This document shows, one piece after another, positions 1-13,900 of a DNA stretch of 64,000 nucleotides. The notes under the pieces were generated by a model. It was not told the DNA's origin. It did no database searches and saw only the letters and a list, made by a program, of their open reading frames with translations. Origin of the DNA: Eledone cirrhosa (taxonomy: Eukaryota); the NCBI GenBank assembly GCA_964016885.1, contig OZ024756.1:13888001-13952000 (forward strand), in the 5' to 3' direction. A program made the translations under genes and the position numbers. Positions within the stretch are counted from its first letter, which is position 1. Each line of letters begins with the position of its first letter.

Positions 1-1797
1 CATTCTATCCCTCTCAGACACAGTTTCTCTCTCAACACATCACATGTCCACACCACCTCAGTCTCCTCTCCCGCACACTACATTCTATCCCTCTCAGACA
101 CAGTTTCTCTCTCAACACATCACATGTCCACACCACCTCAGTCTCCTCTCCCGCACACTACATTCTATCCCTCTCAGACACAGTTTCTCTCTCAACACAT
201 CACATGTCCACACCACCTCAGTCTCCTCTCCCGCACACTACATTCTATCCCTCTCAGACAGTTTCTCTCTCAACACATCACATGTCCACACCACCTCAGT
301 CTCCTCTCCCGCACACTACATTCTATCCCTCTCAGACACAGTTTCTCTCTCAACACATCACGTGTCCACACCACCTCAGTCTCCTCTCTCGCACACTACA
401 TTCTATCCCTCTCAGACACAGTTTCTCTCTCAACACATCACGTGTCCATACCAACTCAGTCTCCTCTCCCGCACACTACATTCTATCCCTCTCAGACACA
501 GTTTCTCTCTCAACACATCACGTGTCCACACCACCTCAGTCTCCTCTCTCGCACACTACATTCTATCCCTCTCAGACACAGTTTCTCTCTCAACACATCA
601 CGTGTCCACACCACCTCAGTCTCCTCTCCCGCACACTACATTCTATCCCTCTCAGACACAGTTTCTCTCTCAACACATCACATGTCCACACCACCTCAGT
701 CTCCTCTCCCGCACACTACATTCTATCCCTCTCAGACACAGTTTCTCTCTCAACACATCACGTGTCCACACCACCTCAGTCTCCTCTCTCGCACACTACA
801 TTCTATCCCTCTCAGACACAGTTTCTCTCTCAACACATCACATGTCCATACCACCTCAGTCTCCTCTCTCGCACACTACATTCTATCCCTCTCAGACACA
901 GTTTCTCTCTCAACACATCACGTGTCCATACCACCTCAGTCTCCTCTCCCGCACACTACATTCTATCCCTCTCAGACACAGTTTCTCTCTCAACACATCA
1001 CGTGTCCACACCACCTCAGTCTCCTCTCCCGCACACTACATTCTATCCCTCTCAGACACAGTTTCTCTCTCAACACATCACGTGTCCACACCACCTCAGT
1101 CTCCTCTCCCGCACACTACATTCTATCCCTCTCAGACACAGTTTCTCTCTCAACACATCACGTGTCCATACCACCTCAGTCTCCTCTCCCGCACACTACA
1201 TTCTATCCCTCTCAGACACAGTTTCTCTCTCAACACATCACGTGTCCACACCACCTCAGTCTCCTCTCCCGCACACTACATTCTATCCCTCTCAGACACA
1301 GTTTCTCTCTCAACACATCACGTGTCCACACCACCTCAGTCTCCTCTCCCGCACACTATATTCTATCCCTCTCAGACACAGTTTCTCTCTCAACACATCA
1401 CGTGTCCACACCACCTCAGTCTCCTCTCCCGCACACTACATTCTATCCCTCTCAGACACAGTTTCTCTCTCAACACATCACGTGTCCATACCACCTCAGT
1501 CTCCTCTCTCGCACACTACATTCTATCCCTCTCAGACACAGTTTCTCTCTCAACACATCACGTGTCCATACCACCTCAGTCTCCTCTCCCGCACACTACA
1601 TTCTATCCCTCTCAGACACAGTTTCTCTCTCAACACATCACGTGTCCATACCACCTCAGTCTCCTCTCTCGCACACTACATTCTATCCCTCTCAGACACA
1701 GTTTCTCTCTCAACACATCACGTGTCCATACCACCTCAGTCTCCTCTCCCGCACACTACATTCTATCCCTCTCAGACACAGTTTCTCTCTCAACACA
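1..1797. repeat. 80-bp tandem minisatellite (~22 copies, truncated by window start)
   Basis: Unit CATTCTATCCCTCTCAGACACAGTTTCTCTCTCAACACATCACGTGTCCACACCACCTCAGTCTCCTCTCCCGCACACTA repeated with few variants. It explains the three overlapping long + ORFs. Confidence 0.97.
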
Positions 1798-1830
1798 TTC
1801 ATGCTGGGTCGTTCACGCATATTTACACTG

Positions 1831-1833
<3 letters not shown>
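1718..1833 (-). mobile_element. RTE-clade LINE ORF remnant that seeded the 80-bp array
   Basis: The minus strand reads MCSVNMRERPSMNVLREKLCLRGIECSVRERRLRWYGHVM, matching the RTE copy at ~45850-45935 (NELSEKLGIRGIRCCLLERRLRWYGHVM). Confidence 0.85.
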
Positions 1834-1883
<50 letters not shown>

Positions 1884-1911
1884 GTGGTTACACAACAGTT
1901 AGTTCACCATA

Positions 1912-1951
1912 CCGAGAACAATTGTTTCACCTTAGCGGATCTTCAGCTCGG
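1912..1951 (-). ncRNA. Minimal type-I hammerhead ribozyme-like motif (Penelope-type)
   Basis: Minus strand: ccgag-CTGAAGA-t cc gctaa gg t-GAAA-caattg-TT-ctcgg. Stem I is ccgag/ctcgg, stem III is the palindrome ACAATTGT, and the cleavage triplet is GUU. It sits in a ~175-bp insert bounded by (TA)n on both sides. Confidence 0.65.
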
Positions 1952-2074
1952 AACGGGCATGGTTATAGGAACAGGAAGGACAACCGTACGAATGAGCAGA
2001 AACCCGGTCACTTCACACAGGCAATACTAGACTGCGTGCGAGAGGTGTAAGGGAATATATATATATATATATAT

Positions 2075-2690
2075 ATGATGGCTGCCCCCTCGTTATCGAG
2101 TATGCCCATTGCACAATATACCATTATTAATAATTATTAATTAATTCTATCGCTGGATTGGCAGTATTGGTAGCGGGTCGGGTGCCATGCTTTGAAGCAT
2201 AGAGTTACCTCCCTTTATGATCTGAGTTCAAATCCTGAAGGTTAACTTTGCCTTTCGTCCTTACGGGGTCGATAAAATAAAGTACCAGTAATGCACTGGG
2301 ATAATTGCTGGCCTGGTGCCAAAAGTAGAAACAATTAATTAATTCTATCGCACAATGCCTGTGCGTGAAGATATATTTTAAAGTGAGGAAAGACTGTGCA
2401 CTGAGCCAATCCCACTCTCTGAGAGACAGTAGCTATAACCCGAAAAGAAGAAAAGATCAACATCATCGGTAACTACTGAGTCGCAGGTTTTATATCGGAG
2501 TTATCCCAGTTTCCTGAGTTGCCTTCTCCTAGAAGAATGCCCTGGCAAAGGCTAGGGCCCTTCACTCCCGGTGGTTTAACCGCGCGGTACATGTGTATAT
2601 ACATATTTACACACTTTCGGATGGCCGTTGACTCTTATGAGTTCTTCCGCCCTTTGTCAGGTTTTGTTTTTTGCCCTGCAAAGTGTCCAA
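2075..2690 (+). mobile_element. Interspersed repeat family A, copy 1 (unclassified; interrupted by a SINE)
   Basis: Highly similar to 49105-49725 (same orientation) and 47555-48020 (inverted). All three copies abut TA/CATA microsatellites. Confidence 0.85.
2154..2336 (+). mobile_element. tRNA-derived SINE family B with 15-bp TSD
   Basis: A-box-like TGGCAGTATTGG and B-box GAGTTCAAATCC. AATTAATTCTATCGC is duplicated at 2139-2153 and 2337-2351, and the empty site is visible at ~49168-49183. Confidence 0.9.
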
Positions 2691-2896
2691 AATTTCCCTC
2701 CTAACACCAACCACATTTACAGTGTGGACTCGGAGCCTTTTTACAGTGTCTCCTACACGGCCACCTTACAGTGTGGACTGTTGTGTCATCAACACAGTGG
2801 ATGGAACGGGAGATGGAGGATGGTGTAGGGTGCATGGTGCATGGGGTGGGGTATACATTGGGTTAAGAGGTCCCTACTGACTAGGTTTGTATGCAA

Positions 2897-3258
2897 TGTA
2901 TATATATATATATATATATACACTGTATATATACGTATATATATATATACACACACACATATATATATATATATGTATACATACACACACATATATATAT
3001 ATGTATACATACACACACACACACATATATATGTATACATACACACACACACACATATATATGTATACATACACACACACACACATATATATGCACACAC
3101 ACTGTTGGCAGCCTGCCATTACATTTCTCAAAATATTGATTGGTTTTAACCAAGGCTCATGGCCAAATTCCTGCTTTCTCTCTCTCCCTCTCTCTCCCTC
3201 TCTCTCCCTCTCTCTCCTCCCTCTCTCCCCCTCTCTCTCCCTCTCTCTCCCCTCCCTC
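2897..3258. repeat. Compound (TA)n/(CA)n and (CT)n microsatellites
   Basis: Direct reading; source of the YI/HT/RE low-complexity ORFs. Confidence 0.95.
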
Positions 3259-3339
3259 ATGTCCTACATTCATATTTCTGTTGTTATATTTATTTATTTA
3301 TTCAGTAGGCTTTCATTGTAATGGTGATTGTGTTATTAC

Positions 3340-3990
3340 AGACAGGCTACATCTGGTGACGTTGTGTGGTTGTACCAGACGACATCTGGTGACATTGTGT
3401 GGTGGTACCAGACATCTGGTGACGTTGTGTGTTGTGACCAGACGGACAACATCTGGTGACGTTGTGTGGTGGTACCAGACAACATCTGGTGACGTGTGGT
3501 GGTACCAGACAACATCTGGTGACGTTGTGTGGTGGGACCTGATTACAACTGGTGATGTTGTGTGGTGGAATCAGACAGACTACATCTGGTGACGTGTGAT
3601 GGGACCAGACAACATCTGGTGACGTTGTGTGGTGGGACCTGATTACAACTGGTGATGTTGTGTGGTGGGACCAGACAGGCTACAACTGGTGATGTTGTGT
3701 GGTGGGACCAGACAGGCTACATCTGGTGACGTTGTGTGGTGGTACTAGACAACATCTGGTGACGTTGTGTGGTGGTACTAGACAACATCTGGTGACGTTG
3801 TGTGGTGGGACCTGATTACATCTGGTGATGTTGCGTGGTGGGACCTGATTACATCTGGTGATGTTGCGTGGTGGGACCTGATTACAACTGGTGATGTTTT
3901 GTGGTGGAGCCAGACAGACTACATCTGGTGACATTGTGTGGTGGGACCTGATTACATCTGGTGAGGTTGGGTGGTGTCACCTTTACATCT
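3340..3990. repeat. Variable ~29-37-bp minisatellite
   Basis: Core ACATCTGGTGACGTTGTGTGGTGGTACCAGAC with GGGACCTGATT variants, about 20 copies. Confidence 0.92.
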
Positions 3991-4252
3991 GTTGATATCG
4001 ACTGGTGATACAAAACAAAATCCCTCACATCTGGTGGTGGTGGGACAAGGCTGACCATGATGAGGCTGCAGCAATGGACATTAGCCCCTAGAGGGAGACA
4101 CTATGTAAACTTAGTCCCGCCATAGCCTCATTTCCCACACAATAATTCACACACACATGTGTCAGTGTCTGTGTGTTTGCGTACATGTGCGTTTGTGTTT
4201 GTGTGTGTGTGTGGGTGTGCATATATTTTTAATGAATGTGGAGGGACAGAAC

Positions 4253-4914
4253 TATAGTAGATAAATGTATTCTTTTGTGGATGAATGATAAAAAGAATAA
4301 TGCCAGAATTGTGATGTTAACAATGTTTATTTTACAATAACAATATTCACTTTGAATTTATGACAGGATTTATCTCTACATTATTTGCTGGCTAGCTACT
4401 TCGAGCTAGAGTGTATGCATGTATCAATATGACGATACAATATGACAGGGAGACGGAAGAATAGATGAAGCATAGATGTAAACAATATGAAACTTACTAT
4501 GTGTGTGTGTCTATTCTTAGAATACGTTATTAGTCTCATGGACTGCTGCTTCGTGGTCTCTTGTCTGTTGGCATAGTCCGAGGCCGAGAGGGTGAGAGCC
4601 AGTGAGGCCAGGAGAGAGAGATAGAGTGAAAGGTCTGCTAGATCGTTAACCTTAATACAGACTGCTTGCTTTGGGCTGCTGCTGGATTCCCCAAGTCCTT
4701 CTATTTATAATAACTCTATAGCTAGAAGGATGTGTATATGGGGTTGATTTATGAGTAGCAAACTGTGTTTCCTCTGTCTACAAGCTGGGGTCACAGGTCA
4801 AGTGGTATGTACGTTTATTATACTAGTTTCTTGACAGGACAATCGTGGGAACTTCCAACAATAGGTGGCCCCAGAGGCAAGAAACCTCAGATTCAGTTTC
4901 ACAATTCCATTATA
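4253..4914 (-). mobile_element. Solo LTR (Ty3/gypsy-like), copy 1
   Basis: Termini TATAGTAGA...TCCATTATA form a short imperfect inverted repeat with a 4-bp TSD GAAC (4249-4252 and 4915-4918). TATAAA (~4705) and AATAAA (~4327) lie on the minus strand. Homologous to 33763-34482. Confidence 0.75.
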
Positions 4915-7900
4915 GAACTATAACCCTTATGTGATTTAATGAATGTGGAAGGACAGAACTATAACCCTTATGTGTTTTAATGAATGTGGAAGGACAGAAC
5001 TATAACCCTTATGTGTTTTAATGAATGTGGAAGGACAGAACTATAACCCTTATGTGGTTTAATGAATGTGGAAGGATAGAACTATAACCCTTATGTGTTT
5101 TAATGAATGTGGAAGGACAGAACTATAACCCTTATGTGGTTTAATGAATGTGGAAGGATAGAACTATAACCATTATGTGTTTTAATGAATGTGGAAGGAC
5201 AGAACTATAACCCTTATGTGGTTTAATGAATGTGGAAGGACAGAACTATAACCCTTATGTGGTTTAATGAATGTGGAAGGATAGAACTATAACCCTTATG
5301 TGGTTTAATGAATGTGGAAGGACAGAACTATAACCCTTATGTGGTTTAATGAATGTGGAAGGACAGAACTATAACCCTTATGTGGTTTAATGAATGTGGA
5401 AGGACAGAACTATAACCATTATGTGTTTTAATGAATGTGGAAGGACAGAACTATAACCCTTATGTGTTTTAATGAATGTGGAAGGACAGAACTATAACCA
5501 TTATGTGTTTTAATGAATGTGGAAGGACAGAACTATAACCCTTATGTGTTTCAATGAATGTGGAAGGACAGAACTATAACCCTTATGTGTTTTAATGAAT
5601 GTGGAAGGACAGAACTATAACCCTTATGTGGTTTAATGAATGTGGAAGGACAGAACTATAACCCTTATGTGTTTTAATGAATGTGGAAGGACAGAACTAT
5701 AACCCTTATGTGTTTTAATGAATGTGGAAGGACAGAACTATAACCCTTATGTGTTTTAATGAATGTGGAAGGACAGAACTATAACCATTATGTGTTTTAA
5801 TGAATGTGGAAGGACAGAACTATAACCCTTATGTGTTTTAATGAATGTGGAACGACAGAACTATAACCCTTATGTGTTTTAATGAATGTGGAAGGACAGA
5901 ACTATAACCATTATGTGTTTTAATGAATGTGGAACGACAGAACTATAACCCTTATGTGATTTGATGAATGTGGAAGGACAGAACTATAACCCTTATGTGT
6001 TTTAATGAATGTGGAAGAACAGAACTATAACCCTTATGTGTTTTAATGAATGTGGAAGGACAGAACTATAACCCTTATGTGTTTTAATGAATGTGGAACG
6101 ACAGAACTATAACCCTTATGTGATTTGATGAATGTGGAAGGACAGAACTATAACCATTATGTGTTTTAATGAATGTGGAAGGACAGAACTATAACCCTTA
6201 TGTGTTTTGATGAATGTGGAAGGACAGAACTATAACCCTTATGTGTTTTAATGAATGTGGAAGGACAGAACTATAACCCTTATGTGATTTAATAAATGTG
6301 GAAGGACAGAACTATAACCCTTATGTGTTTTAATGAATGTGGAAGGACAGAACTATAACCCTTATGTGGTTTAATGAATGTGGAAGGACAGAACTATAAC
6401 CCTTATGTGTTTTAATGAATGTGGAAGGACAGAACTATAACCCTTATGTGTTTTAATGAATGTGGAAGGACAGAACTATAACCCTTATGTGTTTTAATGA
6501 ATGTGGAAGGACAGAACTATAACCCTTATGTGTTTTAATGAATGTGGAAGGACAGAACTATAACCATTATGTGTTTTAATGAATGTGGAAGGACAGAACT
6601 ATAACCCTTATGTGTTTTAATGAATGTGGAAGGACAGAACTATAACCCTTATGTGTTTTAATGAATGTGGAAGGACAGAACTATAACCCTTATGTGTTTT
6701 AATGAATGTGGAAGGACAGAACTATAACCATTATGTGTTTTAATGAATGTGGAACGACAGAACTATAACCCTTATGTGATTTGATGAATGTGGAAGGACA
6801 GAACTATAACCCTTATGTGTTTTAATGAATGTGGAAGGACAGAACTATAACCCTTATGTGTTTTGATGAATGTGGAAGGACAGAACTATAACCATTATGT
6901 GTTTTAATGAATGTGGAACGACAGAACTATAACCCTTATGTGATTTGATGAATGTGGAAGGACAGAACTATAACCATTATGTGTTTTGATGAATGTGGAA
7001 GGACAGAACTATAACCCTTATGTGTTTTGATTAATGTGGAAGGACAGAACTATAACCCTTATGTGTTTTAATGAATGTGGAAGGACAGAACTATAACCCT
7101 TATGTGTTTTGATGAATGTGGAAGGACAGAACTATAACCCTTATGTGTTTTAATGAATGTGGAAGGACAGAACTATAACCCTTATGTGTTTTAATGAATG
7201 TGGAAGGACAGAACTATAACCCTTATGTGTTTTGATGAATGTGGAAGGACAGAACTATAACCCTTATGTGTTTTAATGAATGTGGAAGGACAGAACTATA
7301 ACCCTTATGTGTTTTAATGAATGTGGAACGACAGAACTATAACCCTTATGTGTTTTAATGAATGTGGAAGGACAGAACTATAACCCTTATGTGTTTTGAT
7401 GAATGTGGAAGGACAGAACTATAACCCTTATGTGTTTTGATGAATGTGGAAGGACAGAACTATAACCCTTATGTGTTTTAATGAATGTGGAAGGACAGAA
7501 CTATAACCCTTATGTGTTTTAATGAATGTGGAAGGACAGAACTATAACCCTTATGTGTTTTAATGAATGTGGAAGGACAGAACTATAACCCTTATGTGTT
7601 TTAATGAATGTGGAAGGACAGAACTATAACCCTTATGTGTTTTAATGAATGTGGAAGGACAGAACTATAACCCTTATGTGTTTTGATGAATGTGGAAGGA
7701 CAGAACTATAACCCTTATGTGTTTTAATGAATGTGGAAGGACAGAACTATAACCCTTATGTGTTTTAATGAATGTGGAAGGACAGAACTATAACCCTTAT
7801 GTGTTTTAATGAATGTGGAAGGACAGAACTATAACCCTTATGTGTTTTAATGAATGTGGAAGGACAGAACTATAACCCTTATGTGTTTTAATGAATGTGG

Positions 7901-10900
7901 AAGGACAGAACTATAACCCTTATGTGTTTTAATGAATGTGGAAGGACAGAACTATAACCCTTATGTGTTTTAATGAATGTGGAAGGACAGAACTATAACC
8001 CTTATGTGTTTTGATGAATGTGGAAGGACAGAACTATAACCCTTATGTGTTTTAATGAATGTGGAAGGACAGAACTATAACCCTTATGTGTTTTGATGAA
8101 TGTGGAAGGACAGAACTATAACCCTTATGTGTTTTGATGAATGTGGAAGGACAGAACTATAACCCTTATGTGTTTTGATGAATGTGGAAGGACAGAACTA
8201 TAACCCTTATGTGTTTTGATGAATGTGGAAGGACAGAACTATAACCCTTATGTGTTTTGATGAATGTGGAAGGACAGAACTATAACCCTTATGTGTTTTG
8301 ATGAATGTGGAAGGACAGAACTATAACCCTTATGTGTTTTGATGAATGTGGAAGGACAGAACTATAACCCTTATGTGTTTTAATGAATGTGGAAGGACAG
8401 AACTATAACCCTTATGTGTTTTGATGAATGTGGAAGGACAGAACTATAACCCTTATGTGTTTTAATGAATGTGGAAGGACAGAACTATAACCCTGATGTG
8501 TTTTAATGAATGTGGAAGGACAGAACTATAACCCTTATGTGTTTTGATGAATGTGGAAGGACAGAACTATAACCCTTATGTGTTTTGATGAATGTGGAAG
8601 GACAGAACTATAACCCTTATGTGTTTTGATGAATGTGGAAGGACAGAACTATAACCCTTATGTGTTTTGATTAATGTGGAAGGACAGAACTATAACCCTT
8701 ATGTGTTTTGATGAATGTGGAAGGACAGAACTATAACCCTTATGTGTTTTGATGAATGTGGAAGGACAGAACTATAACCCTTATGTGTTTTGATGAATGT
8801 GGAAGGACAGAACTATAACCCTTATGTGTTTTAATGAATGTGGAAGGACAGAACTATAACCCTTATGTGTTTTAATGAATGTGGAAGGACAGAACTATAA
8901 CCCTTATGTGTTTTAATGAATGTGGAAGGACAGAACTATAACCCTTATGTGTTTTGATTAATGTGGAAGGACAGAACTATAACCCTTATGTGTTTTAATG
9001 AATGTGGAAGGACAGAACTATAACCCTTATGTGTTTTAATGAATGTGGAAGGACAGAACTATAACCCTTCTGTTTTTTGATGAATGTGGAAGGACAGAAC
9101 TATAACCCTTATGTGTTTTAATGAATGTGGAAGGACAGAACTATAACCCTTATGTGTTTTGATTAATGTGGAAGGACAGAACTATAACCCTTATGTGTTT
9201 TGATTAATGTGGAAGGACAGAACTATAACCCTTATGTGTTTTAATGAATGTGGAAGGACAGAACTATAACCCTTATGTGTTTTAATGAATGTGGAAGGAC
9301 AGAACTATAACCCTATGTGATTTAATGAATGTGAAAGGACAGAACTATAACCCTTATGTGTTTTGATGAATGTGGAAGGACAGAACTATAACCCTTATGT
9401 GTTTTAATGAATGTGGAAGGACAGAACTATAACCCTTATGTGTTTTAATGAATGTGGAAGGACAGAACTATAACCCTTATGTGTTTTAATGAATGTGGAA
9501 CGACAGAACTATAACCCTTATGTGTTTTGATGAATGTGGAACGACAGAACTATAACCCTTATGTGTTTTGATGAATGTGGAACGACAGAACTATAACCCT
9601 TATGTGTTTTAATGAATGTGGAAGGACAGAACTATAACCCTTATGTGTTTTAATGAATGTGGAAGGACAGAACTATAACCCTTATGTGTTTTAATGAATG
9701 TGGAAGGACAGAACTATAACCCTTATGTGTTTTAATGAATGTGGAAGGACAGAACTATAACCCTTATGTGTTTTAATGAATGTGGAAGGACAGAACTATA
9801 ACCCTTATGTGTTTTAATGAATGTGGAAGGACAGAACTATAACCCTTATGTGTTTTGATGAATGTGGAAGGACAGAACTATAACCCTTATGTGATTTAAT
9901 GAATGTGGAAGGACAGAACTATAACCCTTATGTGTTTTAATGAATGTGAAAGGACAGAACTATAACCCTTATGTGATTTAATGAATGTGGAAGGACAGAA
10001 CTATAATCCTTATGTGATTTAATGAATGTGGAAGGACAGAACTATAACCCTTATGTGTTTTAATGAATGTGGAAGGACAGAACTATAACCCTTATGTGTT
10101 TTAATGAATGTGGAAGGACAGAACTATAACCCTTATGTGTTTTAATGAATGTGAAAGGACAGAACTATAACCCTTATGTGATTTAATGAATGTGGAAGGA
10201 CAGAACTATAACCCTTATGTGTTTTAATGAATGTGGAAGGACAGAACTATAACCCTTATGTGTTTTAATGAATGTGAAAGGACAGAACTATAACCCTTAT
10301 GTGATTTAATGAATGTGGAAGGACAGAACTATAACCCTTATGTGATTTAATGAATGTGGAAGGACAGAACTATAACCCTTATGTGTTTTAATGAATGTGA
10401 AAGGACAGAACTATAACCCTTATGTGATTTAATGAATGTGGAAGGACAGAACTATAACCCTTATGTGATTTAATGAATGTGGAAGGACAGAACTATAACC
10501 CTTATGTGTTTTAATGAATGTGAAAGGACAGAACTATAACCCTTATGTGATTTAATGAATGTGGAAGGACAGAACTATAACCCTTATGTGATTTAATGAA
10601 TGTTGAAGGACAGAACTATAACCCTTATGTGTTTTAATGAATGTGAAAGGACAGAACTATAACCCTTATGTGATTTAATGAATGTGGAAGGACAGAACTA
10701 TAACCATTATGTGTTTTGATGAATGTGGAAGGACAGAACTATAACCCTTATGTGTTTTGATGAATTTGGAAGGACAGAACTATAACCCTTATGTGATTTA
10801 ATGAATGTGAAAGGACAGAACTATAACCCTTATGTGATTTAATGAATGTGGAAGGACAGAACTATAACCATTATGTGTTTTGATGAATGTGGAAGGACAG

Positions 10901-13900
10901 AACTATAACCCTTATGTGTTTTAATGAATGTGGAACGACAGAACTATAACCCTTATGTGTTTTGATGAATGTGGAAGGACAGAACTATAACCCTTATGTG
11001 TTTTAATGAATGTGGAAGGACAGAACTATAACCCTTATGTGATTTAATGAATGTGGAAGGACAGAACTATAACCCTTATGTGATTTAATGAATGTGGAAG
11101 GACAGAACTATAACCCTTATGTGATTTAATGAATGTGGAAGGACAGAACTATAACCCTTATGTGATTTAATGAATGTGGAAGGACAGAACTATAACCATT
11201 ATGTGTTTTGATGAATGTGGAAGGACAGAACTATAACCGTTATGTGATTTAATGAATGTGGAAGGACAGAACTATAACCATTATGTGTTTTGATGAATGT
11301 GGAAGGACAGAACTATAACCCTTATGTGTTTTGATGAATGTGGAAGGACAGAACTATAACCCTTATGTGATTTAATGAATGTGGAAGTAAAGAACTATAA
11401 CCATTATGTGTTTTGATGAATGTGGAAGGACAGAACTATAACCCTTATGTGATTTAATGAATGTGAAAGGACAGAACTATAACCCTTATGTGATTTAATG
11501 AATGTGGAAGGACAGAACTATAACCATTATGTGTTTTGATGAATGTGGAAGGACAGAACTATAACCCTTATGTGTTTTAATGAATGTGGAACGACAGAAC
11601 TATAACCCTTATGTGTTTTGATGAATGTGGAAGGACAGAACTATAACCCTTATGTGTTTTAATGAATGTGGAAGGACAGAACTATAACCCTTATGTGATT
11701 TAATGAATGTGGAAGGACAGAACTATAACCCTTATGTGATTTAATGAATGTGGAAGGACAGAACTATAACCATTATGTGGTTTAATGAATGTGGAAGGAC
11801 AGAACTATAACCCTTATGTGTTTTAATGAATGTGGAAGGACAGAACTATAACCCTTATGTGGTTTAATGAATGTGGAAGGACAGAACTATAACCCTTATG
11901 TGATTTAATGAATGTGGAAGGACAGAACTATAACCCTTATGTGTTTTGATGAATGTGGAAGGACAGAACTATAACCCTTATGTGTTTTAATGAATGTGGA
12001 AGGACAGAACTATAACCCTTATGTGTTTTAATGAATGTGGAAGGACAGAACTATAACCCTTATGTGGTTTAATGAATGTGGAAGGACAGAACTATAACCC
12101 TTATGTGATTTAATGAATGTGGAAGGACAGAACTATAACCCTTATGTGTTTTAATGAATGTGGAAGGACAGAACTATAACCCTTATGTGTTTTAATGAAT
12201 GTGGAAGGACAGAACTATAACCCTTATGTGGTTTAATGAATGTGGAAGGACAGAACTATAACCCTTATGTGATTTAATGAATGTGGGAGGACAGAACTAT
12301 AACCCTTATGTGTTTTAATGAATGTGGAAGGACAGAACTATAACCCTTATGTGTTTTAATGAATGTGGAAGGACAGAACTATAACCCTTATGTGGTTTAA
12401 TGAATGTGGAAGGACAGAACTATAACCCTTATGTGTTTTAATGAATGTGGAAGGACAGAACTATAACCCTTATGTGGTTTAATGAATGTGGAAGGACAGA
12501 ACTATAACCCTTATGTGATTTAATGAATGTGGAAGGACAGAACTATAACCCTTATGTGTTTTAATGAATGTGGAAGGACAGAACTATAACCCTTATGTGT
12601 TTTAATGAATGTGGAAGGACAGAACTATAACCCTTATGTGGTTTAATGAATGTGGAAGGACAGAACTATAACCCTTATGTGTTTTAATGAATGTGGAAGG
12701 ACAGAACTATAACCCTTATGTGGTTTAATGAATGTGGAAGGACAGAACTATAACCCTTATGTGTTTTAATGAATGTGGAAGGACAGAACTATAACCCTTA
12801 TGTGTTTTAATGAATGTGGAAGGACAGAACTATAACCCTTATGTGTTTTAATGAATGTTGAAGGACAGAACTATAACCCTTATGTGTTTTAATGAATGTG
12901 GAAGGACAGAACTATAACCCTTATGTGTTTTAATGAATGTTGAAGGACAGAACTATAACCCTTATGTGTTTTAATGAATGTGGAAGGACAGAACTATAAC
13001 CCTTATGTGATTTAATGAATGTGGAAGGACAGAACTATAACCCTTATGTGATTTAATGAATGTGGAAGGACAGAACTATAACCCTTATGTGATTTAATGA
13101 ATGTGGAAGGACAGAACTATAACCATTATGTGTTTTAATGAATGTGGAAGGACAGAACTATAACCCTTATGTGTTTTGATGAATGTGGAAGGACAGAACT
13201 ATAACCCTTATGTGTTTTAATGAATGTGGAAGGACAGAACTATAACCCTTATGTGATTTAATGAATGTGGAAGGACAGAACTATAACCCTTATGTGATTT
13301 AATGAATGTGGAAGGACAGAACTATAACCATTATGTGGTTTAATGAATGTGGAAGGACAGAACTATAACCCTTATGTGTTTTAATGAATGTGGAAGGACA
13401 GAACTATAACCCTTATGTGGTTTAATGAATGTGGAAGGACAGAACTATAACCCTTATGTGATTTAATGAATGTGGAAGGACAGAACTATAACCCTTATGT
13501 GTTTTGATGAATGTGGAAGGACAGAACTATAACCCTTATGTGTTTTAATGAATGTGGAAGGACAGAACTATAACCCTTATGTGTTTTAATGAATGTGGAA
13601 GGACAGAACTATAACCCTTATGTGGTTTAATGAATGTGGAAGGACAGAACTATAACCCTTATGTGATTTAATGAATGTGGAAGGACAGAACTATAACCCT
13701 TATGTGTTTTAATGAATGTGGAAGGACAGAACTATAACCCTTATGTGTTTTAATGAATGTGGAAGGACAGAACTATAACCCTTATGTGGTTTAATGAATG
13801 TGGAAGGACAGAACTATAACCCTTATGTGATTTAATGAATGTGGGAGGACAGAACTATAACCCTTATGTGTTTTAATGAATGTGGAAGGACAGAACTATA

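Noticed and set aside
44-2050. Three 585-668 aa + strand ORFs
   Set aside because: They are translations of a stop-free 80-bp tandem repeat in all three frames. The meaningful coding signal is a LINE relic on the opposite strand.
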